DNA of 64,000 bases from Babesia bigemina (lineage: Eukaryota): the NCBI RefSeq assembly GCF_000981445.1, contig NC_027220.1, forward strand, positions 186,001-250,000, written 5' to 3'. Both the position numbers and the translations under genes were made by a program. A model generated the notes under the pieces. That model did no database searches and had not been told where the DNA came from. It saw nothing but the letters and a program-made list of their open reading frames with translations. Below, piece by piece: positions 1 through 12,466 of this stretch. Position 1 is the stretch's first letter. Every line of letters begins with the position of its first letter.

Positions 1-2446
1 GACGACCTGGCTGCAGCATGTGAGAAGTACGCGTGGCAACAAACCCAGCCGGCGATTCAAACCCAAAAGTCCAGCGCGACGCGGACCGGACTTTGGACGA
101 AGCATCGATTGAAAGTGACCGTGGTGTGTACGATTTTACCGCGGCGCAGCACACGCGAGCGCGACCGGCAGAAGGAATGTCTGGGTAAAAAACAAAAGCC
201 ACTCACAATGAGGGGTAGCAGTAGCCGGGATAATTTCTCCCAGGGAACCACTACCTTCTCCAAGCGCATGGAACGCATGATTGCGCAGGGAGAGGTCGGA
301 TTGCAGCCCCTCGAAAGCGAGCAGAGCATCGCACTCTCGAAGACTCTGCAGCTGCTTATAGGCACTTCGGACGCTGAACCGCAAAGGGAAGCCGTGGATG
401 CGGAATTTCTCAATAACACGCGAATCACATACTCCAAGCAAATCATACAGGAGCTCTCAGAGCGGTAGGTGGCCCTCCGACGACCGCATATTGCGCAGGC
501 GATACAAGGAGAGGTTGCAGGGAGTGTCCGCGGCCAACTCAGTGCAGTACATCCCGTTCAGGGTGGGCTTCCTAGGCGAGCTGCACGAGAGCTTCAGGAC
601 GTCGATACTCTCCTTGCTGGTCGCGCTGGTCGTCGACTACATCGCAAAAAGCAGGTACTCAGATCAGGACTATCTCATCAAATGGGGGAGCGTCATACTC
701 AAGCGCATCGGCAAGCTGCTCAAGTGAGTTGCGCGCAAACTGAGGCCACACCCGTGCAGGCTCTCCGACATGATGCTGGACGCCATCATGAAGCCCGTCA
801 CCCAGTACACCACCCTACAGGAACTCAATGTGGACATTGGCGCGGTGGCCAAGAAGCAACAACACATCGATGACATCCACAAGCAGCTGGAGCAAATGCA
901 GCCGGAGCTGGACCGCGAATTCAAGAAGAGCGTGGAGGACGCGAAAAACTACCTCAACAGCCCGCTGATGAGCAGTCGCTCCAGCAGGCGAACGGAAAAG
1001 GGCCTGCTGGGGACCATCTCGAAAAAAATCAACCGGGTGCTGTCGCGGGCCATGGAGACAAGCTCGCACTCGAGCAATAGGACTCACAGCGAGTCGAACG
1101 AAGTAGACCAGGCCGATGTCGTTGTCGACGAGTCCGAAGATGACTCGAACCACGTCGGAGCGGAGGAGTTGATTGAGGATGACGATTCCGAAATTCAAAC
1201 TGACTTCAGCCTGAACGATGAACTGCTGCTGGACTCAGTTCCCGGCTGCGCGGTGCTGCTCCGCAGCCTGGTGACGGGGTACATCATGAGCGGGTACAAC
1301 GACTCACGGGTGCAGCTGCTCTTCCAGGAGTTCTCGGCCGCCCTGGGCATGAGCACCCACACGGTGCTGGCGCTCGAGAACCACATCGCAGCCGATATCG
1401 TGAGCGCCATACACGCAACGGCGAACTCGGGCACCACGAAGAAGGTCACGAGGAACATTAAAATAGCAGCCATGGCGGCAGGTGGAGGCGCGCTCATCGC
1501 AGTCAGCGCGGGGATGGCGACACCAGCCGTCGCCGCCGGTCTCGCCGTGCTCGGCATTGGTGGGGGCGGCGTATCCGGGCTCTGGGCTAACACAGAGGAA
1601 GCTGAATTGCTGGCGTCTGTGTTCGGGGTGGGGTCGAACGGACTGGCGAAGTGGAAATCCAAAAAGGATGACGTCACGTTCCACCACATCAACGAACAGT
1701 CGGGGAGGTCACTCTCAGTCTGCATCGGGGTCTGCGGCAGCCTGGCGCCAGAGGTGGATATGCTGGCACTCTGGGAGGACGCTGTGCGGGCCCCGCTCTG
1801 TGACTTCTACGCCATGCAGTGGGAGACCACGCTGCTCAAGTCGTTGGGGAACATGTTCAGCGTGATGGAAGAGCAGCCGTTTGCCCAGAGTGCGTCCCTG
1901 CTCTGGCAAAAAGAAACGGAGGGCGAATACCTCGCGTGCGGCATACAGTGGCCGCTGCCGCTCATCCACTTCGCGGAGCCCCTGGACAACACGTGGACGT
2001 TGGCGATGCAGAGGGCGAGGCACTACGGAGCGACGCTTGCCCAGGCGATCATGGACAGGAACGCGGTCGGAGAGAGGCCGATTTCCCTCGTGGGGTACAG
2101 CGTCGGTGCGGAGGTGATTGTGCACGCGCTGCTGAAACTCAAGGAGAAACAAAGGCTCAACCTGGTCAAGGACGTTGTGCTCATGGGGCTCCCGTCAACG
2201 GCGGGGCCGGAAGAGTGGCTGCAGTGCCGGAGTGTCGTCGCGGGCAGGTTCATCAACGTATACTCGAGGCATGACTGGCTCTTGGGGTACCTCTACCGCG
2301 ACCTCGACGCCGGGTTCCCCGTCGCCGGGCTCAGACCAGTAGAATCTGAGGTGGAGAACTACGATGCCACAGAGTTCATCAAGGGCCACCACGAATACAT
2401 GTGCAAAATATCCGAGATACTCACGCTCGTGCATGTGGACTTGTGA
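1..2446 (+). CDS. DUF726/TMCO4-like alpha-beta hydrolase-fold membrane protein (5' end outside window; introns 465-498 and 724-759)
   Basis: Motifs AAGGGALIAVSAGMATP, GERPISLVGYSVGA, VVLMGLP, VVAGRFINVYSRHDWLL. The upstream ORFs join in frame through two short GT-AG introns. Confidence 0.85.
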
Positions 2447-2943
2447 GGGCCAGCTGGTCACGCGACCGGTGCTGTAGCCGCACAGGAGGCAACACGCGCC
2501 CAGCGCTGCAACCGCTGCGTGGCAGCGCGGGGAAACAAAATCCACGCGATAAGAGCAACTCTACAGCGTGTAATGTACTAATCGTGTTTTAAATTCCAGT
2601 ATTCATGGAAGGAAAATGTTCGTGCAAGTGGCGTGATGTCACACCGACTGACACTGTTGACTCCCACGGTTGTTCTATTGTCGGTGTGACCACGCCATTG
2701 GTCGTAGTATGTGGTGACCGTATGAACCAGTCGACAGTGAGCATGCCAAGGCAGCTGGGTGTCACTGAGACAGGACCTCACCTTCACCCGCTGAGCGGCC
2801 ACGCTGCAAGGCCAGCGGTATTCACCCATAAAAGCAGCTGCATGTTGAGTTACTTAGTTGGTACTGCGCGAGGTTGGGTGAGCATAATGACTAAATTGAG
2901 ATGCTGTTGAGTGCCGTATGCAGGCGCACGGCACTGCCGGCTG

Positions 2944-3678
2944 TCACATGAACAACTCCACAATGTTGCATCCAGGCGCGTCTGTGTCCGCATCCAAATC
3001 GTGAACGGGCCCGGGCGCGCCTTCGGAGGAGTCCGGAAGCGCCCGCGGCTCGTCGTCCTCGACCTGCACGCGCAGCGCCAGCTGGTTCGTCTTCTGGCTG
3101 CGCTTCTGCAGCAGCACGGGGTCCTTGCTCGGGTCGTAGTGACGACTGCGATCGATCTTGCCGTTGCGTCTCTCGAACTGCTCCAACGAGATCTTGGTGG
3201 GCGTGTTCAGCGCCTCGTTCAGCTTATCGCCGTTGCGCTTCTCCTCCAACTTAAACTTGTCGTAAATCTGCTTGTCGGTGAACTCCGGAAGAAGCGACCG
3301 CACCATGAGCAGGTCGGAGCCGAAGTTGCGGACCGCATCGTAGAAGCGTTCAGTGTCCTCAGGGGACCACTTCAGCCTCTTGGTTTGCTTGTACGCGCTG
3401 GCGTACTGGCCGCGCTTGTTAAACGCAGTCTCGGCCACGTGGTGGCGGGCGCCTAGCAGCGCTTGGACGTCGGCGCCGAAGAAACTTAAATCCACATTGC
3501 TGGCTGACTGCGTAGGTTCGGCAGCCACGGGCCGTTCAAACGGATCCTGGTTACGCCCTAGCCGTTGAACGCGTTGCCACACGGTTTCGTGGCCGAAATC
3601 AACCGAAGAACCATCCTCTACACCGCCCGGCAAGAGCGCGCCGGCCAACGCGAGACCGCTTTTGCCGGACCGGTCCAT
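2944..3678 (-). CDS. BDP1: Bdp1-like SANT/Myb-domain protein (TFIIIB B'' family)
   Basis: KWSPEDTERFYDAVRNFGSDLLMVRSLLPEFTDKQIYDKFKLEEKRN matches the Bdp1 SANT domain. First ATG at 3678. Confidence 0.75.
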   Translation of the reverse strand: MDRSGKSGLALAGALLPGGVEDGSSVDFGHETVWQRVQRLGRNQDPFERPVAAEPTQSASNVDLSFFGADVQALLGARHHVAETAFNKRGQYASAYKQTKRLKWSPEDTERFYDAVRNFGSDLLMVRSLLPEFTDKQIYDKFKLEEKRNGDKLNEALNTPTKISLEQFERRNGKIDRSRHYDPSKDPVLLQKRSQKTNQLALRVQVEDDEPRALPDSSEGAPGPVHDLDADTDAPGCNIVELFM

Positions 3679-3891
3679 GAAGCCGGCACACCCTCCCAGC
3701 GGCTGACGCAAGTCAAGCCCTCAAACGATCACACATCGGCAAAAGCCGATTCAACTCGTCGAATTAACATTAATTTCAGCTCCTGGATTCCAGCTGAAAA
3801 GAGTGGCGTGCTGCGCGGTAGGGACAGCGCGGCAACGTGAAGCATGTCCAGCTAAGAAAAAAAAATAGGATCACGGAATTTTTTCTTGAAA

Positions 3892-5016
3892 TCATTTGTA
3901 CATCCCAGAAATGTCGATGCGACGCTTGGAACCCGTCGTATTCTCCGAGACGTTTATTACGGCGGACTTCGAAGCGGTGTCTAGAGTACGCTCGTCGAAA
4001 GTGTCCTGAAATTAGGAGTCAGCTAGGCGCTGCGGCCAACGTACCGTGGTCTGTGGCACAAGAGATGCTGCCTCGCACTGGCTGCCAGGACGGGCTGTTT
4101 GCGCAGGCGTCGAGTCGATCAGCTTACGCAGGTCGTTGATCTGCAGGTCGACGTCCTCCAGGGTGTCTTGCATACGCTGGCGTTCATCCTCGGCCAGCTC
4201 GCCCACGAGAAGCCGCCCAAGCAGCTCCTTCACCATGTTGAACGTGCCCAGCGACACGCTCAAGTTCCCGCTGAACATCTGGCACTGCGCCAACGACACG
4301 TACAGCGACGCAAGGTGGCGCTCGCCCAAGTGGTACTTGCGGCGCAGCTCCACGGCGCGCTCGTACTCCTCAGCGGCCTCCTTGAACTGGTTGTTGGTGA
4401 AGAACATGTCACCCAGCCGCACGAGGCAGTACGATGCGTCCAGCACCTCCTTCTCCAGCTCGGCGCCCTGCAGCGTGCAGCTGCTCAAGAAGTCGCTGTA
4501 GCATGCGTGGGCGATCTGGAACGCCTCGAAGGCCAGCTGAAGTTAATTGTGGATTCCTCATTAAGGCTGGTGGCATACCGTTTCGTCGCTCGCCTCCTCG
4601 GTGGCGGCCTTCAACACGCTCTCCGCAGTTGGAAGGTCGCTCTCAGTTCCTGCAGCGAGTGGGGAATCTCGCAGCGCCAACTGACCTGCGTCAATATCGG
4701 ATGGGAACATGGCCTGGCTCTCTTCCTCTTTGGTCAGCAGGGAATCCGCGTACCACAGGTAGCACTCACGCAGCTGGTGGTCCAATGGGTTCCCAGAGCT
4801 CCTGAGCGGGTTGCACATCTATAACGCACACAACAACCTCAACTCCAAACAACGCGAGAAGCACTCGGCGGCCTCCGCGTAGTCCCGCAGCTCCTTGAAG
4901 TTACGCTTGCCCAACTCGTACAGCTCGTCGGCGGACATCCCCTCGTACACAGTGGGAGCCGGCGACGGTTCCGACATGCCTTCTTGCGGCTGCGGTAGAT
5001 CACCAGCGCTTTCCAT
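3892..5016 (-). CDS. NASP/Sim3-like SHNi-TPR histone chaperone (spliced)
   Basis: TPR helices YELGKRNF..YAEAAECFSRCLE, CYLWYADSLL, an acidic insert, and LVRLGDMFFTNNQFKEAAEEYERAVELR. Last exon reads DTFDERTL...KRRIDISGMYK* with the stop at 3892-3894. Confidence 0.65.
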
Positions 5017-5258
5017 CGGTGCAAAACGTATATGTGTAGACAACACGCCAGTCGTGCCACGACGAAACAACACGTCCTAACTCTCCTTAAAATGCAGTGC
5101 AGCGATAGCTCAGTATGTAGAAACGGGAATGGAAACAGAATGTATGTAGACGCTACAGCGCGATATCACGTGGATTGTCCGTGAGGCGCGACTCAGACGA
5201 CATCGCAACTACACACCCCAAGAAACGTAGCGTGAACGGGTGTAAATTTTAAAAAACA

Positions 5259-7149
5259 TTAGCGCCGATAAGTCAGCTTGCGGAAGTTGAAATACAGGTG
5301 CAGCACACCCTCGCTGAAGCAATTCTTGAAGCCACGCGACGGGTCGGTGTCCCACTCCCGGGCGGGGATGCGAAAGGCCACAGGGGCGTACGGCCTACCG
5401 CCTTTAAACACCAGCAGACACGTGTCGGTGTTAGCGCCGTCCTTCGCCAGCTTCCACTGCGGAACTGCGCGCGGGTTCTCCAAATTGCTGAAGAATATGC
5501 TGAACTTAAATCCCTGCACGCTCTTGGGAGGGGGGTTGTTAGGGTCGAAGTGGCTCAAGTTGTAGCTGTTCCAATCGTAGCTCAACGTCACACGTGCCGC
5601 GAACTGCGGCTTCCGACCGGAGTCCTTGCCGTAGGGCACGTCCTCAGTCAACATGTGCTCGTCGGTCTCCAGCTTTAGAGCTTTCATGAACCGCTCGTAC
5701 TTGGGGTCGGCAACCGCACGCACCGAACCGTCTGCGCGGGAAGCGGGGGCCTTGGGGGTCACCGGTTTCACGTTGCTGCACAAAGATGTGAAACGCAAAA
5801 GGTGCATTTGCAAACGGGTAGTCGCACATACGGACACATAAGATGTACCTCATAATCTGGGGAAATCTGTTCAGGCAGAGTTCCGGGGGTTCAGAGAATC
5901 GCTATCACAGGCTCTTAGTCCGCTACTGCCGGAAAACACGACGCAGGCACGGGTGGTATCCTGTACACGAAACGCGGTACTGGCACGAACGGTGCCCACA
6001 GCTAACGGCAGACACGAAGCTCCACCCACACCACGAAGGCATGTAAAACACGTACCTAGCAGCGAGGTTATCTGCTGGCGCTCCCTTGTTGTGGTCGCGC
6101 ACTACACAACACGCCTAAAACCATGTGGCGGCAGCGGGCGAGATGACGCACCTTGAAGAAGGGAATCCTGGACAGCACGGCCTCCCAGAAGTTCGTGTCA
6201 ACAACATCGTCAGAGGTCATCTTCTTCCTTATCTCGCTTTCATAACCTAAACTGTGGTGAAGATGCCGAAACGTCACAGTACCTTCCAACTCCGATACGC
6301 TCTTTGTGGACAGGATCGAATTTATCTTAGATGAGACGGACTGGCTAACTTCGCCAGCGACATCGCCAAGACGACGGCTATTTACGATCGTCTCAAGAGC
6401 CTTTATAAGTGACCGTTTGCTGTCATCTTCACAGAAGTGCAAGTGGGCCTTGAGCAGCTCCAGGTGTTGTAGCAACGTGGCGTCATCGTCACCGTCGAAC
6501 AGGTCAACCACCGACGTCACAGGAGTGCCAGACACCAACAGGTTGTCCAGCTCATTGCCTCTACCTGCACGCATGATCGAACTGGATTGCGAGATACACA
6601 CCGTCCTTGACTCGAAGCTTCGACTTCTCGAGTTCCTGCCGCAGCATGAACTCGTCCTCCTTCTTGAAATAGTCATCTGAAGATGACGGATCCGTATCGG
6701 TTCGCGCCGTCGTGTGAGGCTGTGCGATAGTTGCGGGGGCTTGTTTGGCCCGCTTGGGGTGGCCTCCACCGACGTTGGCGTCCGCATCGGACGGGCCCGT
6801 CTTCGTATCAGATTCCTAACACATTTTCATCACAACGCACTCCGCCACCAACCTTTACGTCCTCTACGTTAACGGGTGCAATCTGTGGGCCAGGATGTGC
6901 TTTATCGGCGGCAGAAGGCGGCGCCTTCCTCTTCCAAAGGCGCGTCCAAGTAGGCGCGCTTTCATCGCCTTGCGTGGAGCCGCCTTCGGTGGTTGCCACT
7001 ACGAAGTTCAGCACCCTGCCGTCGGGCCCGCCGAAGCTCACAGTGCTGCCCTTTTTAGACTTATCGCCACGGCCGGGGTCGGACTGCGCGTCGCGGCCAG
7101 CGGAAGCCCCGCCACCGCACACCCCGCCGTGGGCAGGAACTCCACGCAT
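5259..7149 (-). CDS. CACTIN: Cactin (spliceosome-associated), multi-exon; start codon uncertain
   Basis: C-terminal domain KPQFAARVTLSYDWNSYNLSHFDPNNPPPKSVQGFKFSIFF...LHLYFNFRKLTYRR; mid domain EDEFMLRQELEKSKLRVKDGR and FWEAVLSRI. Confidence 0.85.
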
Positions 7150-8970
7150 ACTAAAAATATGCGATAAAGCGGTGAGACATTATGTCTGACGGCAGACAGC
7201 CCGCTAGCGAGTCGCAAAAAGGCCGCACTTCTGGGGTGGAAACCGCCGAACACGGCAACGGCGCAAGCTCCCACTGTGAATTGATTCTTCGAAAGAAGGT
7301 TCTAAACCCCCGATGATGAATAACTTGCTGAACACAACATGGTGACTCAAACTGGCCCACCATACCTTGTAAACACGGGTCCTGAGGGGGACACCTATCC
7401 CGATGACGATGTAAGCGAAGACGAGGGCGACCACCGCTCTTCGCTGCCGTCCCACCGCGCGGTTGAAATGCTCTGCGCGTTGCTGTAGTTGAACAGCGCA
7501 ACTGCGATTATAGCCCAACTCAGCAGGGCCAACCAGCTCTCAAACGCAGACAGCCGGAATGGGGTCGGCACGAAGAAGAATTGGTACGGCCCTGAACCAC
7601 ATTAGTGAATCACACACTGCTCACGCACCGATTGGGTTGTGGGTGCCAAGCCACGTGCACAGCACCTGCGGGATCAGCGCCGCTAACGGCCACGCTCCCA
7701 CGAGGCACACCATCTTCCTCTTCGTAGACCTGCGAACTGTGGTGCGTCGCGCTCGGTAACGTACGACGCCAGATCCACCTCGTGCAGGCCGGAAGGCGCC
7801 CCTGACACGTACGGCGGAAGCTTGCGGAAAATGGCGGCCGCCGTGATGAGCAGCAGGATGGCGTAATTCAGACGTACGGCCATGAAATTGCTCGTACCAT
7901 ACACTGCAAACAGCTTACAAATAACGAAAAATGAACCCAACCATATGTGGCGATGGCGCCTGCAGGGCCGGTGTACGACGGGCTGATTATTTCTATCGGC
8001 AGCACAGCAAACAGGTCGTAGACCAGCTTGGCCTTCACCTGCGCCTTTATGAAAACGGCTGCTCGCCAGTGTCACCTACCACACAAGTGAAGTACACGCA
8101 GATTTGGGAGCGTTTGCCGGGATTCATGTACTGGAGCACAGCGTACAACGCGCCTGCGCATGCCCTTGCAACACAGAACACAACCGGATACCTTCGATGA
8201 CAAAACTGAGAACTGCCAGCAACCATACGGGCATCAGGTCGTGCGTCAGCCCGAGAAACAACGACGCGATGACGTGCGCTGCGAAGATTGTCCCACGCGA
8301 TGGAAGGCAACCCACAGCTGATCGTGGAGATGCAGACGTTGGACAGCGGGTCTGCGCGCAATCAGACAGCATACGGAAGAACGTACCAGACAGGAATATG
8401 TAGATGAAGTAGGCGGAAGAGGTCAACAGAACGACGGTGTTAACGATATCCCAAGAGTATTTCCCGAACTGCGGAGACTGAAAACGACGGGCATGTAATC
8501 CGTACCAGGTAGCTTATCTTGGAAGCGATTCCTTCACCAACTGTAGCGAATGTGCACACACATGTACGCCCGTCGTACCTGGTAATGCGATAAACGACGT
8601 TTGAACTGCCGCGTCGAAAGGCTGGGCAAGCTGCACACGGATGATGTCGTCTAGCAGCAACCCCGAAGACGACGACACTGCAAGATCGTTATCTCGATGG
8701 CACTACACACAAACCGAATCTAGTTAAGTAGTCCAGGAATCGACCTTCGGAATCCGTACGACGAGCCTTTGGACACCGGCCAGAAGCGCAGCGGTTCGGA
8801 TAAGGAGACTCCCCCGACCCTTCACTCACAGCATAACTCTGTAACGCTTCCTTTGATGTGCGGTGTACAATGCGCGAGGCAAAGGCGGCGCGAAACGTCA
8901 AAGACAGCAACAACGACAGTAACACCGCCCTGCAGATGTGCGTAGGTCTACACAGCGCTGCCATTGCCAT
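7038..8970 (-). CDS. Uncharacterised multi-pass membrane protein with N-terminal hydrophobic/signal segment, many short introns; 3' end uncertain (7038 or 7151)
   Basis: Hydrophobic exons (AVLLSLLLSLTF; IVNTVVLLTSSAYFIYIFL; HVIASLFLGL; YAILLLITAAAIF; WLALLSWAIIAVALF) join through ~35-nt GT-AG introns. Confidence 0.5.
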
Positions 8971-9159
8971 CTAAAAGTTTATATCACCTGTAAATACACA
9001 TTCATCACCGTGAGAAGGCATAATGAACAGATGTGCGCTGGTGTGTGAGCGATATCAGCTACGCCTTGGGCGCGTCTAACCACCCGCGGCGTGGCCTTCC
9101 AAAGCGGCTCCCTCAGTAAAAATCGCTCGTAGGGTGGTGCTACGCTGCTTTTTCGACAG

Positions 9160-10262
9160 ATGGGGGATTCTGGTGGCGGATGTGTGCCCTCAGACCCCGA
9201 TTTAGCTGCAGAATACGATGTTCAAGAGGTACTGGGAGAGCAGTTCACGCGCGATCTTGAATTCTTGGAACTCAGGGCTGTAGAAATAGACAGATGCAAC
9301 ACGCAAACTGCGCTGAAGCTTACGGAGGCCACGCGGAAGGTCTTGCTACCAGGGAACTTGCAATATGTGCGAATGTGCAAGCCGATCGACCAACAGCGCC
9401 TGTTGCTCATATACGGCAGAGACTCCGAGGCGCCCTTCCGCTCCGAATTCGAGCAGAATGGCATACAAATACATTCCGAACGTACAGTCAAGGTTCCGCG
9501 CCACTCCCCCAGTACCCTGGAACAGTATCATCAGTGGTCTAAGCATTGGCCCCTGAAGTACCTAAAACCAAGCGTGACGCCGCTCAAGATCACGTAAGTC
9601 GGCGAGAGTTGTAGTGCTTAGTAGTTCGTTTATGTGCTATTTATCAGTGCCGGTGCGCAGCTGGTGATGCTGTCGCACAGTGCCCACAACTGTCACCGCT
9701 TTAACACCGCTCAGCAAGGCACTGAAAGACAAGATGCTGGGCATGATTCAGACCGCCCTTAAAGGTATGCCGCTTTACAATAAAATGCAACGCCAAATCA
9801 GAGTCCCGCAACAATCAAGGCAAAGCCGTATGCATTATCACGCACAACGATCGCATTATCGCAAAGGCAGTCGATGAACGAGATGCCAACATACTCGACC
9901 ACGCAGCGCTTCTGGCTATTAGAAAGGTGGCGCAGTTGCAGAAGAATGACCCAAAACGCATGTATAACGCAAAGAGGAGGTTCACGGGGTCACACAATGG
10001 AAGCGATAACGCAGCAGAACCAGAGGCGGAGGAGCCTGCGGACGATGTCGAGATTCCGGATTACCTGTGCACACAATGCGAAGTTTACATGAGCCATGAG
10101 CCGTGCTGTATGTGCGCAATGGCGCTGTTACACTCCAGGGTGGCGAGCGTGGCGTTCTTCCATCCGAACGCACTCATAGGCGCGCTGGGATCCGTACACA
10201 GCATACACAATACCAGACAACTAAACCACCACTTTCGCGCATTTGCCATTAAACGAATATAA
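9160..10262 (+). CDS. ADAT3: tRNA adenosine-34 deaminase non-catalytic subunit Tad3/ADAT3
   Basis: QYHQWSKHWP, ILDHAALLAI (HAA instead of catalytic HAE), YLCTQCEVYMSHEPCCMCAMALLHSRV, LNHHF. Intron 9594-9714. Confidence 0.88.
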
Positions 10263-10283
10263 ATTGTTACTCGCCCAACGCAC

Positions 10284-10771
10284 ATGGGCAAATCGGATAA
10301 TGCAAAGGTATGCGCTCATACCGCCGCTACATCTACTCGGGGCGCTGCGGCGGCTACACATCTCCTACTCCAATAGGCGCTTAGATACGGCCGATATCGC
10401 TAGGTAGGGCGTCATAACCGTGAGATACATAGCGCACAGGCGGCTCGTAGTATACGCTACGGGCGACAAGTTGAAGCTTAAATTTCCGCAGCTCTACGTC
10501 ACCTGGGAGATTCTCGATTACGACGCACCTGCGGCACTACAGGTCGAGTTCCTCGACGGCAGGAAGAGGAGGTAGGGCTGCGATAACCAGCGTGACGTGG
10601 CGCAGGTACCTTATAGAGGGGTACAGCAAGCCGGAACGCGAAAGGCTGGTGGACAAGTGGAAGTTCGACGCAAAGCTGGAACCGTGGCCAGAGACACTTG
10701 CACCGACGTTTGCGAAGCAAGACGATAAGCCGAACACTGTCAATGGCAGAAACGAGGGAGGAGAGCACTAA
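10284..10771 (+). CDS. Small spliced gene absent from the ORF track; mL53/L51-S25-CI-B8-like mitochondrial ribosomal protein candidate
   Basis: Exons 10284-10403, 10440-10571 and 10606-10771 (GT-AG introns of 36 and 34 nt) give ...ALRRLHISYSNRRLDTADIARRLVVYATGDKLKLKFPQLYVTWEILDYDAPAALQVEFLDGRKRRYLIEG... Confidence 0.6.
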
Positions 10772-12047
10772 CGACAACGTATCGCAACAAGCGCCAGTAG
10801 CTCCGATGCATGACGCAGCGGCCACCAGCGTGGCGCCAGGGCACGAGGAAATCGATCTGACCACACTAAACGAACCTGAGGTCGAAACGGAGAGACATGA
10901 AAGCGAGCCAGTGACAACCGACTTGCCCGATCAGGGATCCAGGCATTTTAACACGCACGTGGCGGTCCTATACGATGCGTTCACGAACTTCAAGGATAGA
11001 GCATCGCGCAGATTTAAGGAACGAGTTATGACCTTTATGCGCCATGAAAATAACACTAATACCACCACGAATGCAAGCAGCACGTCCAGGTCCAGAAGGG
11101 ATGTAGAGGGGGGAGAAGTCAGAAGGGCCTCGGATGTCACTTACGATTCACTTATATTCAAGATTACCCTCATACTCGGGTTTGTGCTCCAGTTCCCAGT
11201 ATTGTGGGTTGCGGGCAGTGTTCTGTTCATGATGACAAGCAACTTCAAGGCCAGCACCATAAAGGTACGAACATGCCAAACGCCAGTCAATGTCTGCAGT
11301 GGGGATGCGTCAACATCTTTCTCTCCGTCATATCAATTATGTATATGGTTCAACAGTGGCAAGCGCATTCATCAAAGTGAGTGAGACAACGAGCGACCTT
11401 TGTCTTACTATTGCGCAGGTTATTATACAACCCCGTCGCTGACGAAGCCATCATATTCGAATCGAACAGGGCACAGCAGCACTGGTATTCTGCAATATCC
11501 GAAGATAATCAGCTGATGGTGCTGAAAGAATTCCACGCTTTAAAAGGACAGCGGTGGGTCGCACAGGCCGATGGTCATTCAACGAGTGGATTCACCACCG
11601 TTGAACTGGGGGACGATAAATGCTTAGCCAATCCGGACAATGTGAAGGACGGATACGGTATCTATATGTGAGTTTCGTGGTCATATTAAGGCACGTTTAC
11701 GCAGCTCTAACGGAAAGGAAGTGGAGATCGATGGTTGGATACAGTTCGGTGCCATCCTCTCGAATTCTTTTACAACGAAACGATCAGATCTTCTTGTGAG
11801 GTACGGAGTGGCCGGAAAATACCCCGTCACATTCCAACCCTACGACTCTCCCATATTCGATATTGGATTGAAGTGCACCAATGGGAAGGGGAAGGTTGTT
11901 TGGATCGGCGTGAGCGCGTCGAAAGCAAACCAAAAGGGAATAGAGTCCAACGTATTTCGCCTGCAAGGGGCGCACTCGTGCTTACTTGCATACACCACAA
12001 CGGGGTCACGCCCTCTGGTGCATAGCGCCTATATTAAAACGCTCTGA
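10743..12047 (+). CDS. Uncharacterised membrane protein (acidic N-terminus, 2-3 TM segments, C-terminal domain), spliced
   Basis: ORFs 10698-11384, 11381-11671 and 11721-12047 join via short GT-AG introns; TM segment LIFKITLILGFVLQFPVLWVAGSVLFMM. Confidence 0.6.
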
Positions 12048-12136
12048 TTCGTAAAACCGAATAAAAGGCAGGCGGCAACAACGGACGCTGCTTGATCGGG
12101 CGTCACAACTAGCATTAGACCTCATAATAATAGCAA

Positions 12137-12441
12137 ATGCATCTGTTAGCAACTAAGGGCACACCAACTACGATGAATTGTTAGCCGTTTCAAATCAATG
12201 GTGCATATCTGCACCATTCGCAGATACGAGGACGCAGCAGATCCATGAACAGATGTTGCGCGAATCTGTTGACCAAAACACACGCGTATGGCCGGCAGTA
12301 GAGCTGTTGCCAATCGTATTTGACGTGCCTTCGCCAAACAACAAAAAGGAACGGCTACAAGCAATGCACAAGAAAATGGCGGCACGCCAGAAGGTCCGTA
12401 GAATACGTACCACGAAACACCGTTTTAAAATGTGGAAATGA
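12137..12441 (+). CDS. Putative small basic protein (possible intron 12180-12223)
   Basis: Spliced reading MHLLATKGTPTTMNYTRTQQ...LQAMHKKMAARQKVRRIRTTKHRFKMWK. Confidence 0.35.
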
Positions 12442-12466
12442 AGCATTAAATGTGTGTGTTAAGGAT

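Noticed and set aside
57..7500. Many long antisense or alternative-frame ORFs over GC-rich genes
   Set aside because: Shadow ORFs from GC-rich codon usage, with no motifs.
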